Shown here: one piece after another, positions 12,501 through 21,999 of the stretch | How positions within the stretch are numbered: position 1 is the first letter of the stretch | Layout: every line of letters starts with the position of its first letter | Assembly: GCA_965220625.1 (NCBI GenBank) | Contig: CBDCQN010000002.1 | Coordinates: forward strand, 278,622-342,621 | Origin: Dehalococcoidia bacterium | Lineage (GTDB): Bacteria > Chloroflexota > Dehalococcoidia > Lucifugimonadales > UBA3495 | Reading direction: 5' to 3' | Length of the DNA stretch: 64,000 bases | Made by a program: the position numbers and the translations under genes | Notes under the pieces: generated by a model | Database searches by the model: none | Told to the model about the DNA's origin: nothing | The model's input: the letters and a program-made list of their open reading frames with translations, nothing else

Positions 12501-12811
12501 ATACCAGCGACTCGAAAGACGCCCATACAGGTGGCTCCCTGGTTTTCTCATGGGATACCATTCCAGAAGTCGTCTCCTATGACGTACGCTTCAGGCTATA
12601 CAAAGAGCCATTCACTCACGTAACGGACGTCCACTTTGAAGTGGTTGATACCGGTAGCTTTGAGGCGAACCTTCCTATCAACGGCGATGAAGAGTTCTAT
12701 GTCTTTACGCTTACGGCCAATAATGCGGAGGGTGAACTCATAGCGGAGATGATGACTCCTTACTCAAACGGGTATGGGTGGGACTACCGCTTTAGGATGG
12801 TCGAGCCATAA
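9542..12811 (+). CDS. large leucine-rich-repeat lipoprotein with Pro/Thr linker
   Basis: GTG start; lipobox LAC; three ALxALYxxTxGxxW caps each followed by LxxLxLxxNxLSGEIPxELGNL repeats; beta-rich C-terminal domain. Confidence 0.92.
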   Translation: MKTYTLWVFSALLAIATLACDDGAEPASNPTPSAPLQASVPTTGTPTPTGTPTPTATPPPTATPPSPTPTATPPPTATPPSPTPTATPPPTATPPSPTPTATPPSPTTTATPTPPTPTATPPSRIPFPPMSDGAALRALFDATDGEGWSNSDGWLYLEDLGQWHGVTTDAAGRVTALDLGGNGLSGELPEGLEYLTELTELDLRDNRLSGPMPAELGTLVNLEALYLNNNQLSGTLPAGLTSLTALTDLWLHDNQFSGEFPPALTNLADLESVTIWRNKFIWADSYPPGMLADMVGLVALYEATGGDNWADKSGWQDDPSVAAWIGVSIGGDGRITALDLIENGLSGELPAAIGSLASLAYLYLHSNQLGGEIPSTLGNLSNLEELTLNNNQLSGDLPPGIGNLTGLGKLHLHSNQLSGSLPTGLGGFASLEELSLHSNRLSGQIPSELGSLGELKVLWLHDNQFSGELPGELTNITGLERVSLWGNQLTWAERYAPGILANMVALVALYESTAGDSWENKSNWLTFSPIGQWHGVTTAGTNDRIIKLNLEKNRLSGEIPPELGNLTNLTRLHLFENELSGEIPPELGRLTKLERLHLSSNQLTGEIPPELGNLANLTRLDLSENALSGEIPPELGNLTNLTLLDLTENDLSGKIPSALGNLARLIALGLGVNSLSGEIAAELGNLTNLNFLDLTENHLSGKIPSALGNLAKLTALSLGDNLLSGEIAAELGNLTDLTLLDLTENDLSGKIPSALGNLTKLTALSLGDNLLSGEIPPELGSLTNLTLLDLTENDLSGKIPSALGNLTKLTALSLGDNLLSGEIPPELGSLTNLTELNLGENRLTGCIPTGLRYVPNSDLSRLGLPYCVASVKGAILYDRRPISESTNARPIFWVSSRSEPRTPHTVPTVYDPATAEYEVPDLPPGDYTIGVYVDSGEPFNGKHGFALDFRGVSGFKVSPQQVYRLNLSLRKVIHLTSPVDNQRAQRHTSDSKDAHTGGSLVFSWDTIPEVVSYDVRFRLYKEPFTHVTDVHFEVVDTGSFEANLPINGDEEFYVFTLTANNAEGELIAEMMTPYSNGYGWDYRFRMVEP
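9701..9845 (+). repeat. 45-bp tandem repeat, ~3.3 copies, encoding PTATPPPTATPPSPT
   Basis: Units start at 9701, 9746 and 9791. Confidence 0.9.
11461..12036 (+). repeat. 144-bp (two-LRR) tandem repeat, 4 near-identical copies
   Basis: Units start at 11461, 11605, 11749 and 11893. Confidence 0.85.
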
Positions 12812-12825
12812 GTGTTTAACGACAA

Positions 12826-13434
12826 TTAACTTTGCCGGCGTATTGCCTCACCAGAGAATGTTACCGAAATTCTAGCCTTGATTTCCAACCCCAATTCCAC
12901 CTTCTCGCTCGGTTCCGATGCAGGTTCATCAGACGCGGCGTAGATCAACGCCTTGGCCATGACTCCAACCAGTCCTTCACTCTGCGCTGCAGCGTTCGCA
13001 GTTGAGCATCTTCGAACCGGCCCGGATAGACCTCGCGTAATTTTGTCAGCAAATCCTTGGCGTTGGTATCGGGGTCTTTTTGAAGCCACAAAAGCACGTC
13101 GCGCCAAACGCCTTCGAAGGGATCCTTCCGGGTACGCCAGTGGCGAGGCGAGCGCACTTGGTCCCTGTGGGTGGGCCGGGCTTCCCCCTGTTGCCACAGG
13201 TTGGGCAGGGAGGCCAGTAACAGCTATGAACTCGTCTAGGATCCGGCCTTTATCCCCCTTGGAAGATCTCCGGTAGCGGTCTCTGATAGTTGCCAGCAAT
13301 TCATGTTTCGCCATCCTACTGATGCCTCCCACCACGCGTCCGCCTCAACGATTTTCGGTAACATTTCATTTGAGGCAACCAATCAGCGTGGGTAACGATT
13401 TGGGTGAGGCAATGCGCCGGCAGAAGTAGTTGAC
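12826..13434 (-). mobile_element. internally deleted ISNCY/integrase-type element
   Basis: N-terminal MAKHELLATIRDRY...ILDEFIAVTG fused to C-terminal HWRTRKDPF...LRTLQRRVKDW; both ends carry GCCGGCGYATTGCCTCA...GTTACC repeats in inverted orientation. Confidence 0.75.
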
Positions 13435-14318
13435 GCGGAACACCGGAAGTTTCGGCGCACATACCCCACCCGGCCCTCCACCTTGCCTTTGTCATTGCCC
13501 TTGCCTGGCCGGCCGAACCGGTTCTCGAACAGGTAGTGAGACTGGAGCTCGGTGAAGACGCGGGTAAGTTGACGCCGGCCATCCCCTAGGATCTTCGCCA
13601 CGGCCAGGTTGGTGATGTCGTAGACGATGCTCCGGGGCACTCCGCCCAGGTAGGCGAACGCTGATACGTGGCCATCCGGGAAGGCCTCGTTGCTCTCCGC
13701 CGGGTAGGCCTTCACGAAGTACCCGTCGCTGTGGGGCATGTCCAGGACGAAGCAGTGGGCCTTTCGCTCCACGCGCCGCCGATGACCACCAAGGCCTCGC
13801 CAAAGTCGCACTGGGCGTGGCCCAGCCCATGGGACAACGGCACGAGCATCTCTTTGGTCTGGCGGCGATGCTCTCTTACATAGTCCTTGACTATGGTGTA
13901 CTGACCGTCGAACCCGTAATCGTCCCGCGGCCGCTCGAAGATGCGCTTGGCTGTGTGACGCTGCTTCCTGGGACGCCTGAGGTCGTCCTCCAGGATCCGG
14001 TCTATAACGCCGGTGAAGGGCTCCAACTTGGGCCTCTTTGGCGGATTCTGCCGGCGATAACCCGGCGGGACCGAATAGGCCAGCATCTTGCGTATGGTGT
14101 CCCGGTGCAGGCCGAACGTCCGGCCCGCTTCCTGGATGCTCATCCCATCCACCATCACCGCTCGTCGGACCCGAAGATACACTTCCACCCGAAACATCCA
14201 TCGCACCACCCATAAGCTCGACTTGAAGCCTATGAATGGCGGCGGACGGTCCAATTTGCAACCGCCGTTTGTCAGAGATTACCCGCCCGCACGGGACAAT
14301 TTACCTCCGCCGCTTACA
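13435..14318 (-). mobile_element. istA: IS21-family left end with truncated, frameshifted istA
   Basis: End TGTAAGCGGCGG...; AQCDFGEA and GKGNDKGKVEG motifs; cut by the ISNCY end. Confidence 0.85.
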
Positions 14319-14382
14319 CAGTTTTGGGGCTGTTACAATTAGCCCCGCGACCCCAAGCAAACGAAACTTTTGGAGAGCAATC

Positions 14383-14910
14383 ATGGCTGTTTCCGCCGGG
14401 ATATCAAATGCGCTGGAACGTAACTGGGGTATGGTAGACCGCGCCATAGACGGGCTGAGTGATGAGACACTGGCGCGCCAGATATCCGACAGCGACAATT
14501 CCATCGGCTGGCTCCTCTTCCACATGAGCCGGGTGGTGGACGTATTCATGAATGCCAGGTTCCAAGACAAGCCTCAGATATGGATAGAGGACGGTTGGTG
14601 CGAGAAATTCGGCCTGAGCGACGACCCGGAGACGACCGGCCAAGGCTGGGACACGGCGCGCGTGGCCGCGTGGCCGCTTCCCTCCAAAGACGTCCTGGTA
14701 GGGTACTACGAGGCCATGAAGGCCTGCTGCCGGGACTATATGTCCTCCGTGACCCACGAGGAGTTGAGCGCCACCATGAGCCTGAGTCCCGGTTCGGACC
14801 CCGAGCCGAAAGAGACCATCATGGGTGTCCTGGTCTTTGACAACGTCGTCCACGGAGGCCAGATAGCCTTCCTGCGCGGCCACTTGGAAGGCATGGGCTG
14901 GTTCGTCTAG
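14383..14910 (+). CDS. DinB-family protein
   Basis: NSIGWLLFHMSRVVD...VHGGQIAFLRG. Confidence 0.85.
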   Translation: MAVSAGISNALERNWGMVDRAIDGLSDETLARQISDSDNSIGWLLFHMSRVVDVFMNARFQDKPQIWIEDGWCEKFGLSDDPETTGQGWDTARVAAWPLPSKDVLVGYYEAMKACCRDYMSSVTHEELSATMSLSPGSDPEPKETIMGVLVFDNVVHGGQIAFLRGHLEGMGWFV

Positions 14911-15165
14911 CCCGAACGCAGGTTTCCCGGACAATTTCTACAGGTCTACCGAAGAGCACGGCGAACTCAAGCCGTGCTCTTCCTTAGCTCGACGCTAAAC
15001 CAATACCAAGGCGGCCCAGCACTCGGAATACCGGGCCACTCCCATTAGATAGCCATCGATGAATTTTCTATGCCTCCCCTGCGTGTAATCGGCGGAGGTA
15101 AAGTTGACGCTGAACACCCTGCGCGCATGTCCGACCCCCTGGGCTGTTGTTGTAATATTGGGGAA

Positions 15166-15483
15166 ATGGCCAGAAAAGTGTCGGTCAAATGCGCCATCGC
15201 TGGCTGCCACTACCAGCGTAAGATGACCCTCGCCGAACGCGAGGAACTGAGGCGGGTGGGACGGGAGAACAACGCCACGGCGGGCCTCGTCTGCCCGGCC
15301 CACGTGAGGGCTGCTTTCAACTTCGAATTCGACGATATCGACATCGATGTTCCGCTCGAAGAACTCCTAGTCGAGGCATCCAAGGAAACTCCCCGTTGGC
15401 GCGTGATGCTGACCCCGCTGCCGGGGGCGTCGGGTGAGCCGAACAGCCAGTCCATGCCAGGGCAGGGAGACAGGGTTATCTAG
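15166..15483 (+). CDS. small Cys/His-containing hypothetical protein
   Basis: CAIAGC...VCPAH possible zinc ligands. Confidence 0.5.
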   Translation: MARKVSVKCAIAGCHYQRKMTLAEREELRRVGRENNATAGLVCPAHVRAAFNFEFDDIDIDVPLEELLVEASKETPRWRVMLTPLPGASGEPNSQSMPGQGDRVI

Positions 15484-15633
15484 TCCAGCCACGCCGGCCC
15501 GCAGCTCCCGGGAGAATTCGGGCAATTTCAGAGCGCAATGACCTGCCGGTCTGACCGATCCTGTAGCCGCATCCAGCGGGAGGGTTTCTTTTGGCTATAA
15601 TCCTGGCAGCCTTCGGAACAAGAGCCTTCGATT

Positions 15634-15798
15634 ATGGCCACAGCCCCCGAATCCGCTGAAATCTACTGCCTGAAGTGCCGGGCCAAGACCGGCTCAAGGG
15701 ATGTTGAACAGGTAACAATGAAGAACGGACGTCCCGCCCTTCGTGCTGTCTGCACCGTGTGCGGCACAGGCAAGTACCGCATCGGCTCCGCCGGATGA
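15634..15798 (+). CDS. DUF5679-like zinc-ribbon microprotein (54 aa, below the ORF-track cutoff)
   Basis: MATAPESAEIYCLKCRAKT...TMKNGRPALRAVCTVCGTGKYRIG; TATAAT at 15596-15601. Confidence 0.8.
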   Translation: MATAPESAEIYCLKCRAKTGSRDVEQVTMKNGRPALRAVCTVCGTGKYRIGSAG

Positions 15799-15917
15799 AC
15801 CTGGGCCGCGCCTGGCGGGCCTCCGGCTGCACCCGTCTGGTGTGGTGCGTCAGGGGGCGCCACCTCTGCTCCGGGAAATGCCGGGTGTGGCATCGCCGGC
15901 CCAGGGCTTTCAGCGGC

Positions 15918-16061
15918 CTACAGGAGGCCGAGCCGCTCGAAGCCACCTTCAGGAAACGCGGTCCCGGTTCCTGTCTCCGTCCCCGAGCCGGCGGCATATC
16001 CCTCAGCGTAGCAGGCACAGGGCTCGGGGCAGTCGCACAGGGGGCGGGGGCTGTCGGTCAT
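15918..16061 (-). pseudogene. CDCPEPCACYAEG Cys-rich small protein, probably disrupted
   Basis: MTDSPRPLCDCPEPCACYAEGYAAG; AGGAGG RBS; paralogue at 17737-17817. Confidence 0.5.
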
Positions 16062-16233
16062 CAAGACCTCCTGAGGTTTCTTTTTCAGAGCGCCCGGAAA
16101 TTCTCGTGGCATGCACGGTAGCCACAATTATCGAGCATGCTACAGGCAAGGCCGGGGCAGTTTCCGGGCGTCTCTCGAGCTCTCAGGGCTCGGGCCGAAC
16201 CAGCCGGTCGTCTGGGAATATGTGGAGGGGGGG

Positions 16234-16533
16234 TCAACGTACAATTGTACGCACGGGATCATTGTAAGAGCCGGTGTTGCGCGGAGGGGGCGGAGGCTTG
16301 GGCGGCTGCGGACGGCGGGACTTTTTATGCCGGCCGCCGAAGAAGGAATCAAGGGCCTTGGCCATGATGTCCGCAGCGCACGAGCTGCAATAAGCGCCGG
16401 CCCCGGCGGCATGATCGCAGGACCTGCACTTCGCGGTCGCCATGACCGGGGCCCTCGTGGGAGGATTGAGGGTGTGACGATACCTCTGCCGTCCCTCTTC
16501 CCACAAGGCCTGACTGTCAGTAATTCCACGCAA
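16234..16533 (-). CDS. hypothetical zinc-finger protein
   Basis: CRSC...YCSSC motif; start uncertain. Confidence 0.4.
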   Translation of the reverse strand: MRGITDSQALWEEGRQRYRHTLNPPTRAPVMATAKCRSCDHAAGAGAYCSSCAADIMAKALDSFFGGRHKKSRRPQPPKPPPPPRNTGSYNDPVRTIVR

Positions 16534-16590
16534 AACGCCGGTTCACACAAGGCCCCTTATGTCGAAGAGACTCGGATCTAACTCCCATCA

Positions 16591-17200
16591 TTATTCGCAG
16601 ACTGGTCCTGTCCAACCAACCAATTCGAGACAGGACGTGTTCCAGAAACAACCGCTGGCGCAGTCGAACGTGTACCAGTGATACTTTTCCAGTCGATATG
16701 CAGCCCAAAGCCGCAACCTCCTCGACCGGCCAATGGTCCGGTCTTCTCTCCTCGCCCAGCGGCCTATGTCGGCCGACCACTCTTCCGGCTTTGTCTCAAT
16801 GAAGGCCCTGAGCATCCGCCTGGCCTCCTCGAGGTCCACGTCGGCCCAGTTCTACTCCATATCTGACCAGGAGGTCGCGACCGTTGTCCTCCGGTAAGTT
16901 TCTGGACTCCCTGTACACCACCTCGATGATGCCGAAGTGCACGATGGCTCCGGCGCAATTGTTGCAGGGGATGAGCGTGGAGTACATGGTCATCCCCCGG
17001 AAGCTGCTCAGCTTCTGGCCGGCGTTCAGCAGTCAGTTGATCTCCGCGTGCATGACGCAGGCCCCTTCCTGCAGCCGGCGATTGCGACCGGTGGCGACCA
17101 CCGTCCCCCGGGCGTTTACCAGGACTGCTCCGATGGGGATGCCTCCCTCCCGGGCACCGGTGCGGGCTTCCTCGAGTGCTGTAATCATGTACTCGTCCAT
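16591..17200 (-). pseudogene. cytosine/nucleoside deaminase pseudogene
   Basis: GGIPIGAVL...HAEIN* (internal TGA)...PCNNC; frameshift before DLEEARRMLRAFIETKPEEWSADIG. Confidence 0.85.
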
Positions 17201-17296
17201 GACTGCACCCCATATGTGCCGGGTTCAGGCTAGGTTGCGGGCAAATCATCCGTCTACCCTGACGCGAATCCTTGAATGTTTCAGCTGGGCTTTGGT

Positions 17297-17705
17297 CTAG
17301 TCGATTTGTTGCAGCACCTCTCCGGATAATTCCGTGAGCTTGTCTATCTTGATGAGGACGGCGACACCCAGGCGTTCAGGATCCCGGTCCAGTTCGGCTT
17401 GGACTGACTTCTTGGCGAATGGGACCGTCCTCGTGGACGGTTGCCTTGCCGTGGAACCGCCACCTCACCCGGTCGGCGGCGTGGGCGTAGTAGACGACGA
17501 CCTGCGGATTCTCGACAACGTTGTCCAAGGCCGACCGCTTGGCCCGCTCCCAATAGGCCAGCGTATCTCTGTCGAAGGCCATCACACTTCCCTTGGGACT
17601 TATCGGGGGTTCGCCGTCCTTGGAGGCCGTGCCCACCAGGCAGGAATATCCGTCGGCTAAAGCGCTGTCCAACCGCGATACCATCTCGTCGGTCAAATTG
17701 ATCAT
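17297..17705 (-). pseudogene. pyridoxamine 5'-phosphate oxidase-family protein, frameshifted
   Basis: VGTASKDGEPPISPKGS...ENPQV; C-terminus ELDRDPERLGVAVLIKIDK lies in another frame. Confidence 0.75.
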
Positions 17706-17813
17706 CGTGGTCTATCTCCTTGGGAGCAACGGCAGTTTATAAGGCCTTGTCCTTGCCCTCGGCGTAGCAGGCGCAGGATTCGGGGCAATCGCAGACCGGT
17801 CGGTCCCGACCGG

Positions 17814-18425
17814 TCATTGCATTCCTGCTTGCGCTGACCTTTCATCGAAGATTGCCTTGTTGGCCGTGCTCCACGAGATCTTCATGATCCTGGCCACACG
17901 GCTCACCGACGGGTTCTCCGCGAACATCCGCTTGCACTCGTTCACCTGGTCGGGTGAAAGCGCAGGCGGCCGCCCAGGCGGCCTCCCTTCGGCCTTGGCA
18001 CGCTCTTGGCCGACCTTTACGCGCTCGCTGGTGGAATCAGCCTGGTAGGCACCGTTGGCCATCATCATCCGGCGGAAGTACTTGGCCGCGGCGCTGTCGT
18101 CGGTGGTGTCGATCCCTTCCTTGATGGCCACTATGCCGATGTTCCGGTTGGTGAGGTCCGCCTGGATCCTCACGCCCTCGTCGAAGTTGCGGCTGAAGCG
18201 GTCCAGCCAGACCACCACGATGGTGTCGTTCGGCTGAACCCGAGCCATGAGACCGTCCCATCCGGGCCGCGACATCAAACGGCCGGTCATTACGTCGGAA
18301 AAGATCAGCTCCTCGCGGATGCCGTGGTTGGCCAGCTCGCGGAGCTGGGTCTCGAGGTTCCGGTCGTCCCGGTCGCTCTTGCTGACCCGCGCGTAGCCAT
18401 AGGTGACGGGGATCACGTTCGTCAT
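17814..18425 (-). CDS. serine recombinase (resolvase/invertase) with C-terminal HTH
   Basis: YGYARVS, LDRFSRN and GRPP motifs. Confidence 0.92.
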   Translation of the reverse strand: MTNVIPVTYGYARVSKSDRDDRNLETQLRELANHGIREELIFSDVMTGRLMSRPGWDGLMARVQPNDTIVVVWLDRFSRNFDEGVRIQADLTNRNIGIVAIKEGIDTTDDSAAAKYFRRMMMANGAYQADSTSERVKVGQERAKAEGRPPGRPPALSPDQVNECKRMFAENPSVSRVARIMKISWSTANKAIFDERSAQAGMQ

Positions 18426-18628
18426 ATCAGGCCTTGTGCGAACCATATTCCCTTCAGGCGGCGCCTATCCTCCCTTCGCCAAGCCTTGTTCCAAATCTAA
18501 TCTGCTTGGTCACTCTATCCTGGTACTCAGTCACGTTTGAATTGGCAGGATGATTGTCAAGGGTGGCAATCAGTTCCTCTGTATGTTCCCTGAATCTTGC
18601 CTCTCAGCAATTGTCATTTCTGGTATGA

Positions 18629-20275
18629 CTCCCGACTAACAAGGTTGTTCACACGGCGGCGGCCGTCGGGTTGAGAGGCGGACTGGGATCCTGGTGCTCA
18701 CCATCGGACATGGGCACCAGCTGGTAGCCCAGGTGGGCCGCCCGACGCTTTGCCGCACGCAACGCCCGTTGCTGATACTGACTTTCGTAGTATTCGGCGC
18801 CGGCATCCACGTACTCCTGGCCGTACCTCAGCATGGAATAGATGAGCCTCGCCAGCTTGTGGGCCGTGGCGGTGATGGCCTTTGGCGCTCCCAGATGGGC
18901 TTTCTTGCGGCGCAGGAAGGCACCCAGAGCACTGTCGGAGCGGTGCAGCGCGTTGGCCGCCAGACGCAGCGCCGCCGCGCCCCGGTTGGCGCTGGGCTTG
19001 GTCTTGGAGCTGATCACCCTCCCACCGGTGATGCGGTTGTTGGGACTCAGCCCCAGCCAGGACGCGAAGTGCTTGGCGCTGGGCCATTTGGTCATGTCGG
19101 TGCCAATCTCGCTGATCACCTTCAGGGCTGTGTACGCGTCCACGCCGTCGATCCGGGTCAGGTCCACCCCGGTCATCCGGTACAGTTGGCCCTGGACATC
19201 GAAGCGGGGCGCGTTCTTCTGATTGCGCTTCTTGCCATTGGGGGCCGGAGGCTCGCCGTCGCTGCGGTTTTCAAACCGCTCCAACTGGGCTTCAATCTCC
19301 CGGTCGCACTCGGTAATCCTGGCCTGATACGCCCGGTACAGTTCCAGGGCCTGGGTTAGCTCGAAGATGTGTTCCTCCCGCCAGTGGCCCCGCAACGACT
19401 TGGCGATGGTCGCCTCGTCGGCCTTGATTCTGGGGTCGCGCAGTTGCGCCAGCTTCACTGGATCCCGTTGGCCACCCACAATGGCCTCGATGATTTCCAT
19501 GCCGGTCTTGCCAGTGATGTCTGCGATGACGTGCTGGAGCTTTACGTTCATCTGGGTCAAGGCCTTCTGCATATGCTGGATGTGGTGGGAAGCGTACTCC
19601 ACCAGCATGGCCCGCTGCCGCAGGTAGCTGCGTAGGCGGCGTATGTCCCCGTCAGGCCGGAAGGCTCCCGACAGCAGTCCGTAGGTGTGGAGTTGCTGGA
19701 GCCACTGGCAGTCCAGCACGTCAGTCTTGCGACCGGGCACGTTCTTGATGCGCCGCGGGTCCACCAGCATCACCTCAAATCCGCGCTCTTCCAGCACACC
19801 GAACAGAGGTATCCAGTACACCCCGGTGGATTCCATGACCACGGTCTGCACTCCGCACTCCGCGAGCCAATCCGCCAGGCGATACAGGTCCGCCGTGTAG
19901 GCGGCGAACTCTCGCACCGGCTGCTCCGCGTGGTTTGCGGGAACCGCGACGAAATGGCTGGTGGCGCCCACGTCGATACCCGCGGCGTTCAGGTTCAGCT
20001 GGGACAGCCCCGCCGGTTTTGCGCTGCTCTGGCCTGTGCTCATCATTCCCTCCACGATTACCGTGTAGGCGTGTCGCCGGAGGGAGTCCCTGACAACGTA
20101 CAGTCTCCCGAACAGGATCGCCCGGGTCGGGGCGTCACCAATGATGCAGTCGTAAGACTCCCGGACCACGCTACCAAACGGGCAATACGCACCAGTGTCC
20201 TCTCGGTCTTGGTCCGGACGACACGCCTCGTCAAGAGCTTACACGTAGGTCCCAACTTCAACAGTTAGTCGCCTC
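18629..20275 (-). mobile_element. complete IS110-family element with subterminal IRs and upstream non-coding region
   Basis: CTC/GAG core at 18629-18631 and 20273-20275; IR CGACTAAC (18633-18640) and GTTAGTCG (20264-20271). Confidence 0.8.
18649..20043 (-). CDS. IS110-family recombinase, intact
   Basis: AGIDVG, MESTGVYW, KTDVLDC and ITGG motifs. Confidence 0.93.
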   Translation of the reverse strand: MSTGQSSAKPAGLSQLNLNAAGIDVGATSHFVAVPANHAEQPVREFAAYTADLYRLADWLAECGVQTVVMESTGVYWIPLFGVLEERGFEVMLVDPRRIKNVPGRKTDVLDCQWLQQLHTYGLLSGAFRPDGDIRRLRSYLRQRAMLVEYASHHIQHMQKALTQMNVKLQHVIADITGKTGMEIIEAIVGGQRDPVKLAQLRDPRIKADEATIAKSLRGHWREEHIFELTQALELYRAYQARITECDREIEAQLERFENRSDGEPPAPNGKKRNQKNAPRFDVQGQLYRMTGVDLTRIDGVDAYTALKVISEIGTDMTKWPSAKHFASWLGLSPNNRITGGRVISSKTKPSANRGAAALRLAANALHRSDSALGAFLRRKKAHLGAPKAITATAHKLARLIYSMLRYGQEYVDAGAEYYESQYQQRALRAAKRRAAHLGYQLVPMSDGEHQDPSPPLNPTAAAV

Positions 20276-20305
20276 TGCACGGCCCGGATACGAGCATAAA
20301 TCTGC

Positions 20306-20370
20306 TACCAAGTAACAAGCAGTTACTTACCTCTGCACAGCCCGGAACACGGGCATAGGGATGCTGAGTA
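20306..20370. repeat. 65-bp dispersed repeat, copy 2
   Basis: 63/65 identical to 9419-9483. Confidence 0.9.
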
Positions 20371-21525
20371 CTAGACGTCATCAGGCTCGACTGAGAACTT
20401 GTCAATTTCATCTGCCATGAGGCCCAAGGCTTCAAAGACTTCCCGCTGATTATCCACGTAAGTTTGAGGTGTCAAATGAACTCCATAGGTATCACTAGCC
20501 ATTGTTTCCAGCTCCCCGAACCTCGATGTGCACCTTGCAAATGCTGCTTTCAAGGCGGCTTCAATGTGGTTTGGCACGTTCGAGGCGTTTGTCCAGGTCC
20601 CAAAGGTAACGTCCCTGCTGCCAGCTCCCGTCCGCTTTTCAGGAGTGGCAATCCACCCTACTGTGACCAATACGTTGCTGTTAGGTAGCTTCTTGCGCAG
20701 TGCGTACGAACTTCTCCCAGGGGCTAGTTTGTACCCGGTCTCATCGGCATAGTGCAGCAATTCTCTAATGGCATCTCTGTAAGCTCCCTCGGGGAATTGA
20801 TCCAAGAATTCGGTCTCGTTTGTAAGCCGGCTACCGCCTCCTCCAGATCCGCGTCGCTTTTTGGGGGGACCTTTAATCAATCGGGCCTCAAAGGCCTGTA
20901 GATTTCCATCTCCAAATCGCACCACTTCAACGGCATAGAATCGGGACGTGGAAACCTCATTCAGGTAATCCATTGTTCGGAGAATGGGGTCAGTGAACCT
21001 TTGGGCAACCAGCACGTAGTGGAACCGTCCCGTTTTGAGCTGGTCCTGCAAGTTAACCTGAATTGCCTCCAGCGATTCCTCATTTAAATCGCTCCAGCGA
21101 TGTGTCAGAGCATCCTTCAGGCTGTTGAAACCGGACAGTTCCTGGTCAGCACAGTGGTCGCTCTTGAAATACCGCAAAGGAACCTGACGTTGGAAGGAAT
21201 CCCAGTCCAGGCCCCACAGGCCAGCGCCATAGTCCAGCAGTTGGGCGATTGCGGCCCGGAAATCGGAATTATTTGGACCGGTCTTGAACTCCACCAAGAT
21301 CAGACTTCCTTCTTGGCTTAGGGCTATTAGGTCCGCTGACCCAGCTGGGAGTGCAGTCTCTTTCCCGATAACGAGAAGTGGTCCGGTTAGTCCCAAATCA
21401 TCCACCGGCATTAAGTCAGGATTGTCCTTGACCAGTTCCTGCAACTGCGATTCGTTGTCCGCAAGCGATTCCACCAGAATCTCCGCATCATCAATTCCAG
21501 TCTGGAGCACAATCCGTCGCGACAT
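20371..21525 (-). CDS. PD-(D/E)XK nuclease (NucS/DUF91-like N-terminal domain)
   Basis: ESQLQE...KE...GSADLIAL...LVEFK...AQLLDY motif. Confidence 0.75.
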   Translation of the reverse strand: MSRRIVLQTGIDDAEILVESLADNESQLQELVKDNPDLMPVDDLGLTGPLLVIGKETALPAGSADLIALSQEGSLILVEFKTGPNNSDFRAAIAQLLDYGAGLWGLDWDSFQRQVPLRYFKSDHCADQELSGFNSLKDALTHRWSDLNEESLEAIQVNLQDQLKTGRFHYVLVAQRFTDPILRTMDYLNEVSTSRFYAVEVVRFGDGNLQAFEARLIKGPPKKRRGSGGGGSRLTNETEFLDQFPEGAYRDAIRELLHYADETGYKLAPGRSSYALRKKLPNSNVLVTVGWIATPEKRTGAGSRDVTFGTWTNASNVPNHIEAALKAAFARCTSRFGELETMASDTYGVHLTPQTYVDNQREVFEALGLMADEIDKFSVEPDDV

Positions 21526-21999
21526 AGACCTCTCGCCGGTTTGCGTATCAGGTAACTTCTGATTCAGCCGCTCAACAAACGGCCGTTTTTGAGAGGGCCG
21601 GTGCGGCCCTCGTCCGTCAGCTTTGACGAACCTCTCAAAAATTCCCCTCAATAATAATTTGGCCTCAACAATGCCGTCAAGGGTTTGTTGAGTGGGACTG
21701 CCAGAGGATTGCCTCGGATTCGGTGTTGACGCCGCCGTGGACGCCCTGAATAAACAGAAGTGAGCCGACTTGCGGAGTTGTCAGCAATGGCAAAGGTGGA
21801 ACTGGAGGGCAAGCTCACAAGCGGGTTTCCGCCGATGACTGCGACGGTGCAGGTCCACAACGCGGGTCTAGGCATCGGCAACTCAAATGGATTGTCGAGG
21901 ACCTTATTCGTGCCGCGCTGGTCTACGGGGTGAACCAAGCACTGGATTACCTCAAGGAATTACTTCGGGGACTGTTGCAACGTTCGCTGGGAGACGGGC

